Shown piece after piece: positions 39,653-49,801 of a stretch of DNA of 64,000 nucleotides (position 1 is its first letter; every line of letters begins with the position of its first letter). Source of the DNA: Olivibacter ginsenosidimutans (GTDB lineage: Bacteria > Bacteroidota > Bacteroidia > Sphingobacteriales > Sphingobacteriaceae); contig NZ_BAABIQ010000002.1 of assembly GCF_039542865.1 (NCBI RefSeq), positions 12,989-76,988 of the forward strand, in the 5' to 3' direction. The translations under genes and the position numbers were made by a program. Under the pieces are notes generated by a model. The model worked only from the letters and a program-made list of their open reading frames with translations. It was not told where the DNA came from and made no database searches.

Positions 39653-41530
39653 ATGGAAACCATAGCAGATAAATATTGCTTGTTAGTCAACAGTATGACC
39701 CAAGGCTTTTGTATTATTGAAGTCTTATGGCAGGATGATAAGGCTGTTGATTATCGGTTTCTAGAAATTAATAAAGCTTTTGAAAGACAGACAGGTATCG
39801 AAAATGCCATTGGTAAAACGATGCGGCAAATTGAACCTTTTCATGAGGATCATTGGTTTGAACTTTATGGAGAGGTTGCCAAAACGGGTAAAAGTGTGCA
39901 AACGGAAGCAGTGGCAGCACAATTGCACCGGTGGTATGAAGTCAACGCTTTCCCCATAGCGGGAGAAAAAAACCTAGTAGCCATTCTTTTTAATGACATT
40001 TCTGAACGAAAAATTGGGGAACAGTTATCGAAAGAATTTACGATCCAATTAGAGTATCAAGTGGCCGAACGAACGCTTGCTTTACAAGAAAGTCGAGAAC
40101 TCCTAAAAACTACGCTTGATAGTGCTAACCATCTTACGGAAGTGTTGCAAGCTGTTCGGAATGAACAACACGAAATAGTGGATTTTCGTTGGATTTTTAT
40201 CAATAGACTGGCCGAACGCATGTTGGGTAAAGTAATCGGAAGATATTTGCGAAAAGTTAACGACAACTCCATTGATTTTGATCGTTATGTATGGGTAACC
40301 GAAACGGGAAACAGTGTTATGTTTGAGCAATTGTTAACCATCGATAATGCGCAACGTTGGTACGATATTAACTTGGTAAAACTAAATGATGGTATTGTTG
40401 TGAAAGGTATTGACATAACAGAACGTAAAGAGGCTGAATTAAATTTAAAGCAAAATAATCAGTTGCTCCAATCTATATTTGATACTAGTTTAATAGGTAT
40501 GGCTGTGCTGGAAGCTATACGAGACAAACAAAAAAACCGTATTATTGATTTCAAAATCAAAGTCGTCAATAAGAAATTAGAAGATGAAACCCAACGTACC
40601 GATCTCATTGGAAAAAATTATTTAAAAGAATATCCGTTTGTAAAACAAGCCGGTTTATTCGACGTGATGTTACGGGTGATGAAGACAGGTAAAGCTGAAC
40701 AATTGGAATACCACGTTAATGACGGGAAATGGGATGCTTGGTTCACCTTCATGTTCGTGAAAATGGATGATGGTTTGGTAGTAACCAATCTAGATATTAC
40801 ACAACGTAAACTGGCCGAAAAAAAGATCAGAGAAGATGACGAGCGTTTAAAAGAACTTGAAAAGCGCCAACGTCAAGAGCTTTTTATGGCAACCTTGAAA
40901 ACACAGGAGGAGGAACGTACACGTATTGCTGAAAATCTGCATAATGGTTTAGGGCAATTATTATATAGTGTAAAATTGAGTCTAGACCAATTGAAGGTCG
41001 GTACAAATAATCGCTCCAATCAAGCCATCTTACAAGCTGAACGTTTACTTATTGATGCCATACGGGAAAGCAGGAGAATATCTCATGAACTAATGCCTAC
41101 TATTTTGGAAGATTTTGGTCTTCAGACTGCCATACAGGATATTTGTGATCAGTTCAATAAGACGATACATTTCAACTGCCATTTTATAGGCGATGAAGAA
41201 AAGTTGGATAAATACACCAAAATTGCCATATACCGAATGGTACAAGAACTCATCATGAATATTATTAAGCATGCTCATGCAGATGAGGCATCAGTTGCTA
41301 TTGAACTAAGCAGGGCTTATGTAGACATTACCATAAAAGATAATGGAAAAGGGTTTAAGTCAGAAACCACTAAAAAAAAGGAGAAAGGAATTGGTATTAA
41401 TACCATACAAAATAAAATCAAACTACTAAATGGTACCTTTGAAATTGCTACAGCAAAAAATAAGGGTACACAAATTTATATACGCTTTCCGAATAAGGAT
41501 GTCACGGAAAGTATTGAGCTACATAAATAA
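39653..41530 (+). CDS. cytoplasmic PAS-domain sensor histidine kinase (HisKA_3 / NarL-partner type)
   Basis: 625 aa with no TM segment and several PAS-like repeats. HisKA_3 H-box (ERTRIAENLHNGLGQLL) and HATPase_c G-boxes (IKDNGKGF, GIGINTIQNKIKLLNG). No response regulator lies within several kb. Confidence 0.85.
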   Translation: METIADKYCLLVNSMTQGFCIIEVLWQDDKAVDYRFLEINKAFERQTGIENAIGKTMRQIEPFHEDHWFELYGEVAKTGKSVQTEAVAAQLHRWYEVNAFPIAGEKNLVAILFNDISERKIGEQLSKEFTIQLEYQVAERTLALQESRELLKTTLDSANHLTEVLQAVRNEQHEIVDFRWIFINRLAERMLGKVIGRYLRKVNDNSIDFDRYVWVTETGNSVMFEQLLTIDNAQRWYDINLVKLNDGIVVKGIDITERKEAELNLKQNNQLLQSIFDTSLIGMAVLEAIRDKQKNRIIDFKIKVVNKKLEDETQRTDLIGKNYLKEYPFVKQAGLFDVMLRVMKTGKAEQLEYHVNDGKWDAWFTFMFVKMDDGLVVTNLDITQRKLAEKKIREDDERLKELEKRQRQELFMATLKTQEEERTRIAENLHNGLGQLLYSVKLSLDQLKVGTNNRSNQAILQAERLLIDAIRESRRISHELMPTILEDFGLQTAIQDICDQFNKTIHFNCHFIGDEEKLDKYTKIAIYRMVQELIMNIIKHAHADEASVAIELSRAYVDITIKDNGKGFKSETTKKKEKGIGINTIQNKIKLLNGTFEIATAKNKGTQIYIRFPNKDVTESIELHK

Positions 41531-41710
41531 AAAATACACAATAAGTAAGACGATCACCACCATCAAAATTACCCAATTCATCACATTACTAGCCCCTTTA
41601 TCGTTTTTTTCTTCTATAGCTACTTTTGGCGGTCCAGGGTTTTCCTCATGAGCTGCATAATCTGTTTCTACTGTTGTTTTTGTGCTATTTTTTCTATTAT
41701 CCTCTTCCAT
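41519..41710 (-). CDS. small C-terminal-TM protein (hypothetical)
   Basis: ORF encoding MEEDNRKNSTKTTVETDYAAHEENPGPPK... with a C-terminal TM helix (WVILMVVIVLLIVYFLF). Convergent 12-nt overlap with the histidine kinase stop. Start uncertain. Confidence 0.25.
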   Translation of the reverse strand: MEEDNRKNSTKTTVETDYAAHEENPGPPKVAIEEKNDKGASNVMNWVILMVVIVLLIVYFLFM

Positions 41711-42041
41711 GTTAATTTTTTCGTTTTGTGTTCTCCTATAATAACAGGATAACACCAGAACTGTTTAGATTTCTTTGTTTAGATTTTTTTTTCAAAAGAA
41801 TAAAAGATGGAATGGTTTTTAGGCTGTCCAAAATTAAAGATATGCTGTGCAGATTTTAATAAGTCGTTCGGACACTAAAAGAAGTAACGCTAGTCTTAAT
41901 CTACTTTTTCATTTTGGCAAAGCTATTGCCCTTTTTAATAGCGGATAAAAGTTCCGTCTATGCCGCAAACATGTTCTTGATTTAATTCAGATGAATAGCG
42001 CTGCATAAAAATGAATGGTTGAATAGTTAAATGATTTTGTT

Positions 42042-42263
42042 ATGGCTTTAGTGAAAGTAATTGAAGTAATCGCCTCGTCAGAACTCAGTTTTGATGATGC
42101 CGTAAAAAATGCAGTAAAAGAAGTTTGTACCACCATTAATCATGTTGATTCGGTATTCGTAAAAGATTTTAAGGTCCATCTACAGGATGGCGAAATAAAA
42201 AGCTATGGTGCTATTTGTAAAGTTTCCTTCCGGATAGATCGGGAACTTCAACAGCAAGCATAA
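42042..42263 (+). CDS. dodecin family flavin-binding protein
   Basis: 73 aa (MALVKVIEVIASSELSFDDAVKNAVKEVCTTINHVDSVFVKDFKVHLQDGEIKSYGAICKVSF) matches the dodecin beta-alpha-beta-beta pattern in size and motif spacing. Confidence 0.65.
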   Translation: MALVKVIEVIASSELSFDDAVKNAVKEVCTTINHVDSVFVKDFKVHLQDGEIKSYGAICKVSFRIDRELQQQA

Positions 42264-42337
42264 GAAGAAAATGGGGTAGAGGGTATTGATTTCATAAATA
42301 AAAACGGAATTAGGAGGGTTTACGATAACGAACAATT

Positions 42338-42565
42338 ATGAAAAAATGGGTAACGGAAATTATAGCAATGGATCCGGATACAAATGAATTAAAGAAGTGG
42401 TTAGGACCATATATCACAGCACCAACTTGGCAAGATGCTGAAATTTATTGCCAAGAAAATGGTCTGGGATATTGTAAAATTAGCGGACAGCTAATTAGTG
42501 AATTCCTTGCTTACCGAACAGAAGGGAAGCAGACTGGGCTCGAAAAATTGATTTCGATTGTTTAA
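42338..42565 (+). CDS. hypothetical protein
   Basis: 75-aa ORF in normal coding context. No domain recognised. Confidence 0.3.
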   Translation: MKKWVTEIIAMDPDTNELKKWLGPYITAPTWQDAEIYCQENGLGYCKISGQLISEFLAYRTEGKQTGLEKLISIV

Positions 42566-42670
42566 ATTAAGGTGAGTCGAAATGGTATGAACCACCTAAA
42601 TTAAATTTCTAGAGAAACAAAAAAAACGCTAATTTGTTTAGTTAATAGATGCCTATGAACAAGGAACGGT

Positions 42671-42964
42671 ATGGCAACAATTAGTCGAAACGATCTTTTA
42701 AAACTCGGCTTTGAAGACGAGGGTGGACCGGTAATCAACGATTATCAACAGTATATCGTATTGCGCTATTATATTCATAAAGACCGACCTTGGATTAGAA
42801 TCGAAGAGCATTATCCAAAACAATATTTGGATCACATGGATAAGAGACATATTGTTTCTACTGTGATTAATTATGGAACTAAAGATGGAGAAATCGTTTA
42901 CTCAAGTGAAGAAGTAAAACGTTACCTATTGCATCACCGAGGGCTACCGAATCGCTCCCATTAA
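42671..42964 (+). CDS. hypothetical protein
   Basis: 97-aa ORF. No domain recognised. Confidence 0.3.
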   Translation: MATISRNDLLKLGFEDEGGPVINDYQQYIVLRYYIHKDRPWIRIEEHYPKQYLDHMDKRHIVSTVINYGTKDGEIVYSSEEVKRYLLHHRGLPNRSH

Positions 42965-43008
42965 CCGAACATAAAAATACATAGACATAGGGGTATTACA
43001 AATGTCGA

Positions 43009-45354
43009 TTGTCATACATTAAAATAAAATGTATGATGAAATCGACTTTTTGCTTACTACTTCACTTACTCCTCTTTTTATCACTAAGTGCACAACATCG
43101 ATTCACCATTAGTGGTACCGTAAAATCTGCCAGCAAAGGAGAAACAGTTATCGGGGCCACGGTGAGCATTGGTGCATATCAAACAAAAACCAATGATTAT
43201 GGCTTTTATTCACTCACCTTACCGCCTGGAAATTATACCTTAACCGTTAGCAATGTAGCCTTTGCTACCTATGATCAATCCGTCACGTTGAATGCTAATA
43301 AGACCTTAAATATCGACCTCATGGACGAAGCACAGGCACTGGACGAGGTAGTGATTTCATCCAACAGGGGGCGTAGTTTAAAAAGCCCACAAATGGGTAT
43401 GGAACAATTAACACCCAAAGAGATTAAAAATGTTCCTGTATTGATGGGTGAAAAAGATGTCGTGAAGGTCTTGCAACTATTACCTGGGATCAAATCGGCC
43501 GGTGATGGAAATAGCGGAATGTATGTACGGGGCGGCGGTGCCGATCAAAATTTAATATTACTCGACGAAGCAACTGTTTATAACGCCTCTCATTTATTAG
43601 GATTCTTTTCCACCTTCAACGCTGATGCATTGAAAGATGTAGCCGTCTATAAATCGGGGATGCCGGCACAATACGGGGGTCGCTTATCTTCTGTTTTGGA
43701 TATTAAAATGAACGATGGAAATAATCAGGATTTTAATGTAAGTGGCGGACTTGGTTTAATTTCGGCGAAATTAAATGTGGAGGGACCAGTGCAAAGAGAC
43801 CAATCGTCATTTCTTATTTCCGGAAGAAGAACCTATGCCGATATGTTTCTAAAGCTTTCCAACGATTCGTCTATTAACAATAACCAGCTCTATTTTTATG
43901 ATCTGAATGCGAAATTAAATTATCAGCTGGGAGAAAAAGATCGTTTATATTTTTCTGGATACTTAGGCAAAGATCATTTAGGCTTCGGTGACCTATTTGG
44001 TTTAGATTGGGGAAATAAAACAGCTACGGTACGTTGGAATCATCTTTTTAATAGTAGACTGTTCTCCAATACATCCTTGATTTACAGCAATTATGACTAT
44101 AAGATCTCCATTAATAGTGGAACGAATAATTTTGATATTTTCTCCAATATTCAGGATTATAACCTGAAACAAGAATTTCAATGGTTTCCAAATAGTAGAA
44201 ATCAAGTCCGTTTTGGTCTGAACTCGGCGTATCATGCCTTAAGGCCTGGTGAGGTCACTGGCAAAGGCGAGAACTCGTCGATTAATGATGTGTTTTTACA
44301 AAAAAGATATTCTTGGGAAAACGGTCTGTATGCCAGTAATACTTGGAATGCTTCAGATAAACTTAACTTAACTTATGGACTACGTCTAAGTACGTTTAGC
44401 ATATTAGGTGCAGGTGATTTTTATAACCTTGATCAAGAGGGAAAAGTTGTGGATACTATGCGTTATAAGAAAGGAGAATTTGTAAAAACGTACCTCAACC
44501 TAGAACCGAGACTAGCGCTAAGCTACCCGTTAAATAACTTGTCGTCGGTAAAAGCATCGTACGTACGCAATACCCAGTACTTACATCTCATTTCAAACAG
44601 CACCAGTACAAGTCCAACAGATAAATGGATTGCAAGCACCAATATCATAAAGCCCGGTATATCAGATCAGTTTTCTTTAGGATATTATCGAAATTTAAAT
44701 GACAATAAGTATTCCCTGAATATCGAAACCTATTACAAAGCTTTACAGCACCAAATTGATTATAAAGATGGCGCAGAAGTGTATAGTAGTAACAATGCTA
44801 TTGAGACGGAATTACTTTTTGGTAAGGGGAGAGCATATGGTGCGGAATGGCTATTAAAGAAAAATACAGGACGGTTAACTGGCTGGATTAGCTATACCCT
44901 GTCAAAAACAGAAAGGCAGATTGATGGTATAAATAACAATGAATGGTATAATGCTCGTCAAGATCGGACACATGATATAGCAATAGTAGCTATGTACCAG
45001 CTAAATAAGAAATGGACATTATCGGCTAATTGGGTTTTCTATACCGGCGATGCCGTAACTGTTCCCGCAGGTAAATACATAATAGATGACCAAACGACTT
45101 ATTATTATACCCAGCGAAACAGTTATAGGATGCCCAATTATCACCGCTTGGATCTCGGTGCAACGCTGCAACTCAAACAGAAAAAGCGATGGAGTTCTGA
45201 ACTCAGCTTTAGTCTATACAACGCTTATGGAAGAGAAAATGCATACTTGATTGAGTTTATGGATAGTAAGGATGATCCCAATAGAACCGTGGCTAACCAA
45301 ATCTCACTTTTCAAATTCATTCCATCGGTATCTTACAATTTCAGATTTAAATAA
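43009..45354 (+). CDS. TonB-dependent receptor (carboxypeptidase-regulatory-like + plug + beta-barrel)
   Basis: 781 aa with signal peptide (MMKSTFCLLLHLLLFLSLSAQ, alternative start ATG 43033), a CarbopepD_reg-like region (FTISGTVKSASKGETVIGATVSIG...TNDYGFYSL) and a plug (VISSNRG). It ends in Phe. Confidence 0.85.
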   Translation: MSYIKIKCMMKSTFCLLLHLLLFLSLSAQHRFTISGTVKSASKGETVIGATVSIGAYQTKTNDYGFYSLTLPPGNYTLTVSNVAFATYDQSVTLNANKTLNIDLMDEAQALDEVVISSNRGRSLKSPQMGMEQLTPKEIKNVPVLMGEKDVVKVLQLLPGIKSAGDGNSGMYVRGGGADQNLILLDEATVYNASHLLGFFSTFNADALKDVAVYKSGMPAQYGGRLSSVLDIKMNDGNNQDFNVSGGLGLISAKLNVEGPVQRDQSSFLISGRRTYADMFLKLSNDSSINNNQLYFYDLNAKLNYQLGEKDRLYFSGYLGKDHLGFGDLFGLDWGNKTATVRWNHLFNSRLFSNTSLIYSNYDYKISINSGTNNFDIFSNIQDYNLKQEFQWFPNSRNQVRFGLNSAYHALRPGEVTGKGENSSINDVFLQKRYSWENGLYASNTWNASDKLNLTYGLRLSTFSILGAGDFYNLDQEGKVVDTMRYKKGEFVKTYLNLEPRLALSYPLNNLSSVKASYVRNTQYLHLISNSTSTSPTDKWIASTNIIKPGISDQFSLGYYRNLNDNKYSLNIETYYKALQHQIDYKDGAEVYSSNNAIETELLFGKGRAYGAEWLLKKNTGRLTGWISYTLSKTERQIDGINNNEWYNARQDRTHDIAIVAMYQLNKKWTLSANWVFYTGDAVTVPAGKYIIDDQTTYYYTQRNSYRMPNYHRLDLGATLQLKQKKRWSSELSFSLYNAYGRENAYLIEFMDSKDDPNRTVANQISLFKFIPSVSYNFRFK

Positions 45355-45415
45355 AATGATTATATGACCCGAGGGTTTAGATAAACATTATAGTCAATTT
45401 AAACAATAAGCATCT

Positions 45416-46309
45416 ATGAAATATTATCAGCAATTAAGCTCTATAAATAAAAAAGAAATGTACATCGATTATTTTTCACTATTCTATAAAGGCTGGAAAA
45501 ACTTATTCCGATTGATTACGGTATCCATTTGTCTATTCTCCCTGTTTGCCTGCGAGAAAGAAATCGACCTTGACTTAAAAGGGACAGAACAAAAATATGT
45601 CATCGAAGCAGTTTTGACCGATCAGGAGGGAGGGTGCAGGGTTCTCATCAGCAAGACCAAAGATTTTAAGGAAGACAACAGCAGGATACAGGTTAGCGAT
45701 GCCCTTGTAACGATAAATGACGATACACAAACATACCACTTGACCGAAACCAGCACTGGCGTATACGAATTAGCTTCTTTAAAAGGGGTTACGCACAAAA
45801 CCTATCAATTAAACGTACAGATTGGAGATGAGATCTTTACCGCACATGCTACCATGCCGGCGCGGGTTAACATGGATAGCTTGTATATAGCGGAAGAATT
45901 TGTTTATGACAAAACTTATAAACTGCCAACGGTAGATTTCATTGATCCCGCTCAGGAAACCAATCAATATCGCTTTGTAATTTACGTGAATAACCAGAAG
46001 AAGAAACAGTTGTTTCCTATAAACGATGACTTATCTGATGGACGGGCAAATTCCATTCGATTATACTTGCATGTCGGCGAAGACGAGGATAATCCCGAAA
46101 ATAAACGGATTGAATCTGGGGATTTGCTTAAGGTTGAAATGTTGACGATTGATTTGCCGGTTTATAAGTACTTTTTTAGTTTACAGAATAGCGCAACGGG
46201 CGAAAATCAGTCGGCAACACCTGCAAATCCGGTGAGTAATATTACGGGGGGAGCCTTGGGTTATTTCAGTGCACATACCCTGCAATCTAAAGAGATTCGT
46301 GTACCGTAG
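45416..46309 (+). CDS. DUF4249-like lipoprotein (frequent partner of Bacteroidota TonB-dependent receptors)
   Basis: Lipoprotein signal (LFSLFACEKE) and size, in the position typical of DUF4249 after a TonB-dependent receptor. Start may be an internal ATG (about 45458). Confidence 0.55.
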   Translation: MKYYQQLSSINKKEMYIDYFSLFYKGWKNLFRLITVSICLFSLFACEKEIDLDLKGTEQKYVIEAVLTDQEGGCRVLISKTKDFKEDNSRIQVSDALVTINDDTQTYHLTETSTGVYELASLKGVTHKTYQLNVQIGDEIFTAHATMPARVNMDSLYIAEEFVYDKTYKLPTVDFIDPAQETNQYRFVIYVNNQKKKQLFPINDDLSDGRANSIRLYLHVGEDEDNPENKRIESGDLLKVEMLTIDLPVYKYFFSLQNSATGENQSATPANPVSNITGGALGYFSAHTLQSKEIRVP

Positions 46310-46411
46310 GTTATTTTTTCCCCGACAACAAGAACAATATAAATTAAAAAAAATGACGTGTTTTGGAATCTATATGTTTTCTTTGCACTATAGATTCCTT
46401 ACACACAAATT

Positions 46412-47644
46412 ATGGATCAAGAAAAAGCTGATCAGAAACAGCCCGCAGCATTAGGTTTTATTTTTGTTACCCTACTTATTGATGTGATCGGCCTAGCTAT
46501 TATTATTCCGGTGTTTCCGAAGTTAATTGAAAATTTAATTTCGGGCTCTTTAAGTGATGCATCAAGAATTTCAGGATTATTATTGGTGGCCTACGCGGTC
46601 ATGCAATTTCTATTTTCGCCTTTGGTGGGTAATTTAAGCGATCGTTATGGACGTCGACCTGTTCTACTCATTTCTTTATTAGGTTTTGGCGTCGATTATC
46701 TCTTTTTAGCCTTTGCACCCACAATCGGTTGGTTATTTGTAGGGCGGATTATTGCTGGCATTACCGGAGCCAGTTTTACAACAGCCTCTGCCTACATCGC
46801 TGATGTAAGCAGCCCGGAAAAACGCGCACAGAATTTTGGTATGATTGGTGTCGCTTTTGGATTAGGCTTTATTATCGGACCGGTTATTGGAGGGGTGCTG
46901 GGTAAAATGGATGTTCATTACCCGTTTTATGCGGCAGCTGCTTTAGCACTTCTTAATGCAACTTATGGCTTTTTTATTCTACCCGAATCGTTGGCTAAAG
47001 AGCACCGACGTGCCTTCAGCTGGAGTCGTTCAAACCCGATAGGTACCTTAGTACAACTTAAGAAATATCCAACGGTAATTGGCCTAGCCGTTTGTTTATT
47101 TATTGTGTATTTCGCCGGTCATGCTGTACAAAGTGTCTGGACATTTTATACCATGCAGAAATTTAATTGGGATGAAGATATCGTCGGTTATTCACTCGGT
47201 TTTATTGGTTTGCTAATTGCCTTAGTGCAGGGTGGCCTTATTCGAATCGTTATCCCCAAACTTGGACAAGAACGCAGCATATGGATTGGCTTGGTGCTGT
47301 ACGCCATCGGTATGCTACTTTTTGCCTTTGCCGATAAAAGTTGGATGATGTTTGCATACATGATTCCATATGCATTAGGAGGAATAGCAGGGCCGGCACT
47401 TCAAGGAGTGATGACGAATGAGGTACCAGCGAACGAACAAGGTGAATTGCAGGGTGGATTGATGAGCTTAATGAGCCTAAGTTCAATCTTCGGTCCTTGG
47501 TTTATGACCTACGTATTTTATTATTTTACGAGCAATAAATCAACCATATATCTCCCTGAGGCACCTTATTACATTGCGGCCGTATTAATGTTTATAGGTG
47601 CTTTAATGGCAATTAAAAGTTTTAAACAGCGCAAAACAACTTAG
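46412..47644 (+). CDS. MFS transporter, TetA/TCR-family drug:H+ antiporter-like
   Basis: 410 aa, 12 TM. N-terminal motifs of the Tet/TCR subfamily ([35 protein letters not shown] motif A). Confidence 0.85.
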   Translation: MDQEKADQKQPAALGFIFVTLLIDVIGLAIIIPVFPKLIENLISGSLSDASRISGLLLVAYAVMQFLFSPLVGNLSDRYGRRPVLLISLLGFGVDYLFLAFAPTIGWLFVGRIIAGITGASFTTASAYIADVSSPEKRAQNFGMIGVAFGLGFIIGPVIGGVLGKMDVHYPFYAAAALALLNATYGFFILPESLAKEHRRAFSWSRSNPIGTLVQLKKYPTVIGLAVCLFIVYFAGHAVQSVWTFYTMQKFNWDEDIVGYSLGFIGLLIALVQGGLIRIVIPKLGQERSIWIGLVLYAIGMLLFAFADKSWMMFAYMIPYALGGIAGPALQGVMTNEVPANEQGELQGGLMSLMSLSSIFGPWFMTYVFYYFTSNKSTIYLPEAPYYIAAVLMFIGALMAIKSFKQRKTT

Positions 47645-47657
47645 TTATCATTGTCTT

Positions 47658-48518
47658 ATGCGTAAGAGGCAATCTGTTCCAGTACATTTGTTAAAAGAAC
47701 GTTCTCCTTTGGGAATCGATATCCGTTACCTGGATAGCCAAATGGATCGTGAAGTTTCAACGACAGACGCACACCGGGACGATCACTATATTTTCATATT
47801 TCTGGAAAAGGGAACGGCCCATTTCGTTATTGATTTTAAAGAATTTCATGTGGCAGGGCCACTCGTACTCTGTATTTTACCGGGTCAGGTACATCATATT
47901 CTTTCCCATAGCCGTGCTTCGGGATGGTTTCTTGCTGCAGAAACCACGTTCGTACCGATCGAACATCGAAAAGTTTTTGAACATCAAATGTTTACACCAA
48001 TTAATACCCTATCTGCCGTTTTATTTAATCTTTGTCAGCAAAGTTTACAATTAATAGACCAATATGTATCATCGATAAACAAGGATCTACCTTATAATAA
48101 AGACATCTTGTCTTCTTCAATCAGTACATTTACTGGTTTTATTGTTGAAGCAACTAACATTCAACAGACACAACAGGCAACCTATAATTCAAGGGCTTCC
48201 ACTATACTGACTTCTTTTAGGGAAGTCTTGTCCATACATTTTTCAACCCTTAAAAAACCATCGGATTATGCCAGTTTGCTTTGTTTATCACCTGCTTATC
48301 TTAATGAAGCCATTAAACAGGCTACAGGGTTTTCAGTTACCTATTGGATTCGAAACGAGATTATATTGGAAGCAAAACGTCTACTTTTTTATACCGATAT
48401 GACGGTCAAAGAAATTGCCCAGCAATTGGGTTATACAGACTATGCCTATTTTACACGATTATTTAAACAAGACACCAAACGTTCTCCAACACAATTCAGA
48501 AAAGAACACCATAAATAA
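47658..48518 (+). CDS. AraC family transcriptional regulator
   Basis: 286 aa with an N-terminal cupin-like sensor region and a C-terminal AraC dual HTH (PAYLNEAIKQATGFSVTYWIRNEIILEAKRLL...TVKEIAQQLGYTDYAYFTRLFKQDTKRSP). Confidence 0.85.
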   Translation: MRKRQSVPVHLLKERSPLGIDIRYLDSQMDREVSTTDAHRDDHYIFIFLEKGTAHFVIDFKEFHVAGPLVLCILPGQVHHILSHSRASGWFLAAETTFVPIEHRKVFEHQMFTPINTLSAVLFNLCQQSLQLIDQYVSSINKDLPYNKDILSSSISTFTGFIVEATNIQQTQQATYNSRASTILTSFREVLSIHFSTLKKPSDYASLLCLSPAYLNEAIKQATGFSVTYWIRNEIILEAKRLLFYTDMTVKEIAQQLGYTDYAYFTRLFKQDTKRSPTQFRKEHHK

Positions 48519-48592
48519 TCCAACTTTTACCGTTTATTATCTATTTTTCTGTTGCCTAAAATCCCGTTGTTTTGCTATATAAAAGTGACGTG

Positions 48593-48964
48593 ATGAATAA
48601 AGCAATCGTACAACAAATGTTTCAGGACGTTTGGAAAAGTGCAAACCCTGATCCTAAAAATATCCTAAAATACTTTTCAAGCAATTTTATCCAGGAAATT
48701 GATAGTAAGAGCTATACCCGAACGGAATTTCTGCACAACTTAGGGGTGCTTAAAAAAACGACGCTTGCCATTGATATCGCTATTAAATCATTACAAGAAA
48801 TTGGTCATACCGTTTTTTCCAACCACATCATTAGGCTATCATTTCACGACGGAACGACAAATTTAATCCATGTCATCGCATCTTTTCAATTGGAGAACCA
48901 CCAAATCACATCGAGTGATGAGCTGACATTTGTTGAACAACCCACAAGTAGTTATCTGCATTAA
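48593..48964 (+). CDS. hypothetical protein (NTF2/SnoaL-like size and pattern)
   Basis: The ORF-track start is TTG at 48572. The first ATG at 48593 gives MNKAIVQQMFQDVW..., 123 aa. Confidence 0.4.
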   Translation: MNKAIVQQMFQDVWKSANPDPKNILKYFSSNFIQEIDSKSYTRTEFLHNLGVLKKTTLAIDIAIKSLQEIGHTVFSNHIIRLSFHDGTTNLIHVIASFQLENHQITSSDELTFVEQPTSSYLH

Positions 48965-48974
48965 GTTGAATAAT

Positions 48975-49655
48975 ATGAATATTATTAAGAAGAAAATAGT
49001 TTCTGTTTTAGAGCGGAAAATGATAAAAACTGCAAGAGTATTAGCTATACGTTATTGGTATGATCAAAGCATGGTAGAAATAGATCTTCATGTGCCAGAC
49101 ATGAAACCGGCAGACTGGACAAGTGTTCAACATATGAAAATTAAAGTTGCGGAAGGAACATATAGGGATTATTCGCCAACCATGTGGGATATAGAGACTA
49201 AAACTTGTTCATTGATTATCGATACTTCGCATGATGGTCGTGGGGCCCATTGGGCTCTTCAATTAAATAGCGGAGACCTGATTGAATACCTAGGTATAGG
49301 AAGCACTGGACATCGATATGTCGAAAAACAACCCATTATTTGTATCGGAGACGAAAGTAGTCTAGCGCACTTTATCGCCCTAATGCAACTTATTGGAAAG
49401 GATAATGAATTAAAGGGAACAATTGGTTTTTCCAATCCTAATCACCTGACAGAATACCAAGCAAATATACGGGCACCATTTGTCCCATTGCCGAAAGATG
49501 TTGAAGTTATAAAACAATGGATTATTAGCGAATCGCCTAAAAATCATCTCGTGTATATTGCAGGTAGCTATCAGTTGGTATCCGAAATGAAACGTTTCGT
49601 CCGGAATGTACCCGGTTTTCGCGGTACCATAAAAGGCCAAGGCTTCTGGAAATAG
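48975..49655 (+). CDS. siderophore-interacting protein (SIP/ViuB-like FAD-binding reductase)
   Basis: Start moved to ATG 48975. Domain order resembles the protein at 4806..5522 (beta-barrel, then ICIGDESSLAHFIALMQ NAD-binding-like segment). Confidence 0.65.
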   Translation: MNIIKKKIVSVLERKMIKTARVLAIRYWYDQSMVEIDLHVPDMKPADWTSVQHMKIKVAEGTYRDYSPTMWDIETKTCSLIIDTSHDGRGAHWALQLNSGDLIEYLGIGSTGHRYVEKQPIICIGDESSLAHFIALMQLIGKDNELKGTIGFSNPNHLTEYQANIRAPFVPLPKDVEVIKQWIISESPKNHLVYIAGSYQLVSEMKRFVRNVPGFRGTIKGQGFWK

Positions 49656-49801
49656 CCGGAGTAGAACAGTTGCAATCCTTCCTATTGTAGTCACTTTGTA
49701 GCCATTAATCACCACACATGTAGCCACTCCGTATACCTCAATAATCGTCTGACAGGATAGGTAAACTTATCTTTGGTGAACGTTTTTCAAAATTTTGAGT
49801 A

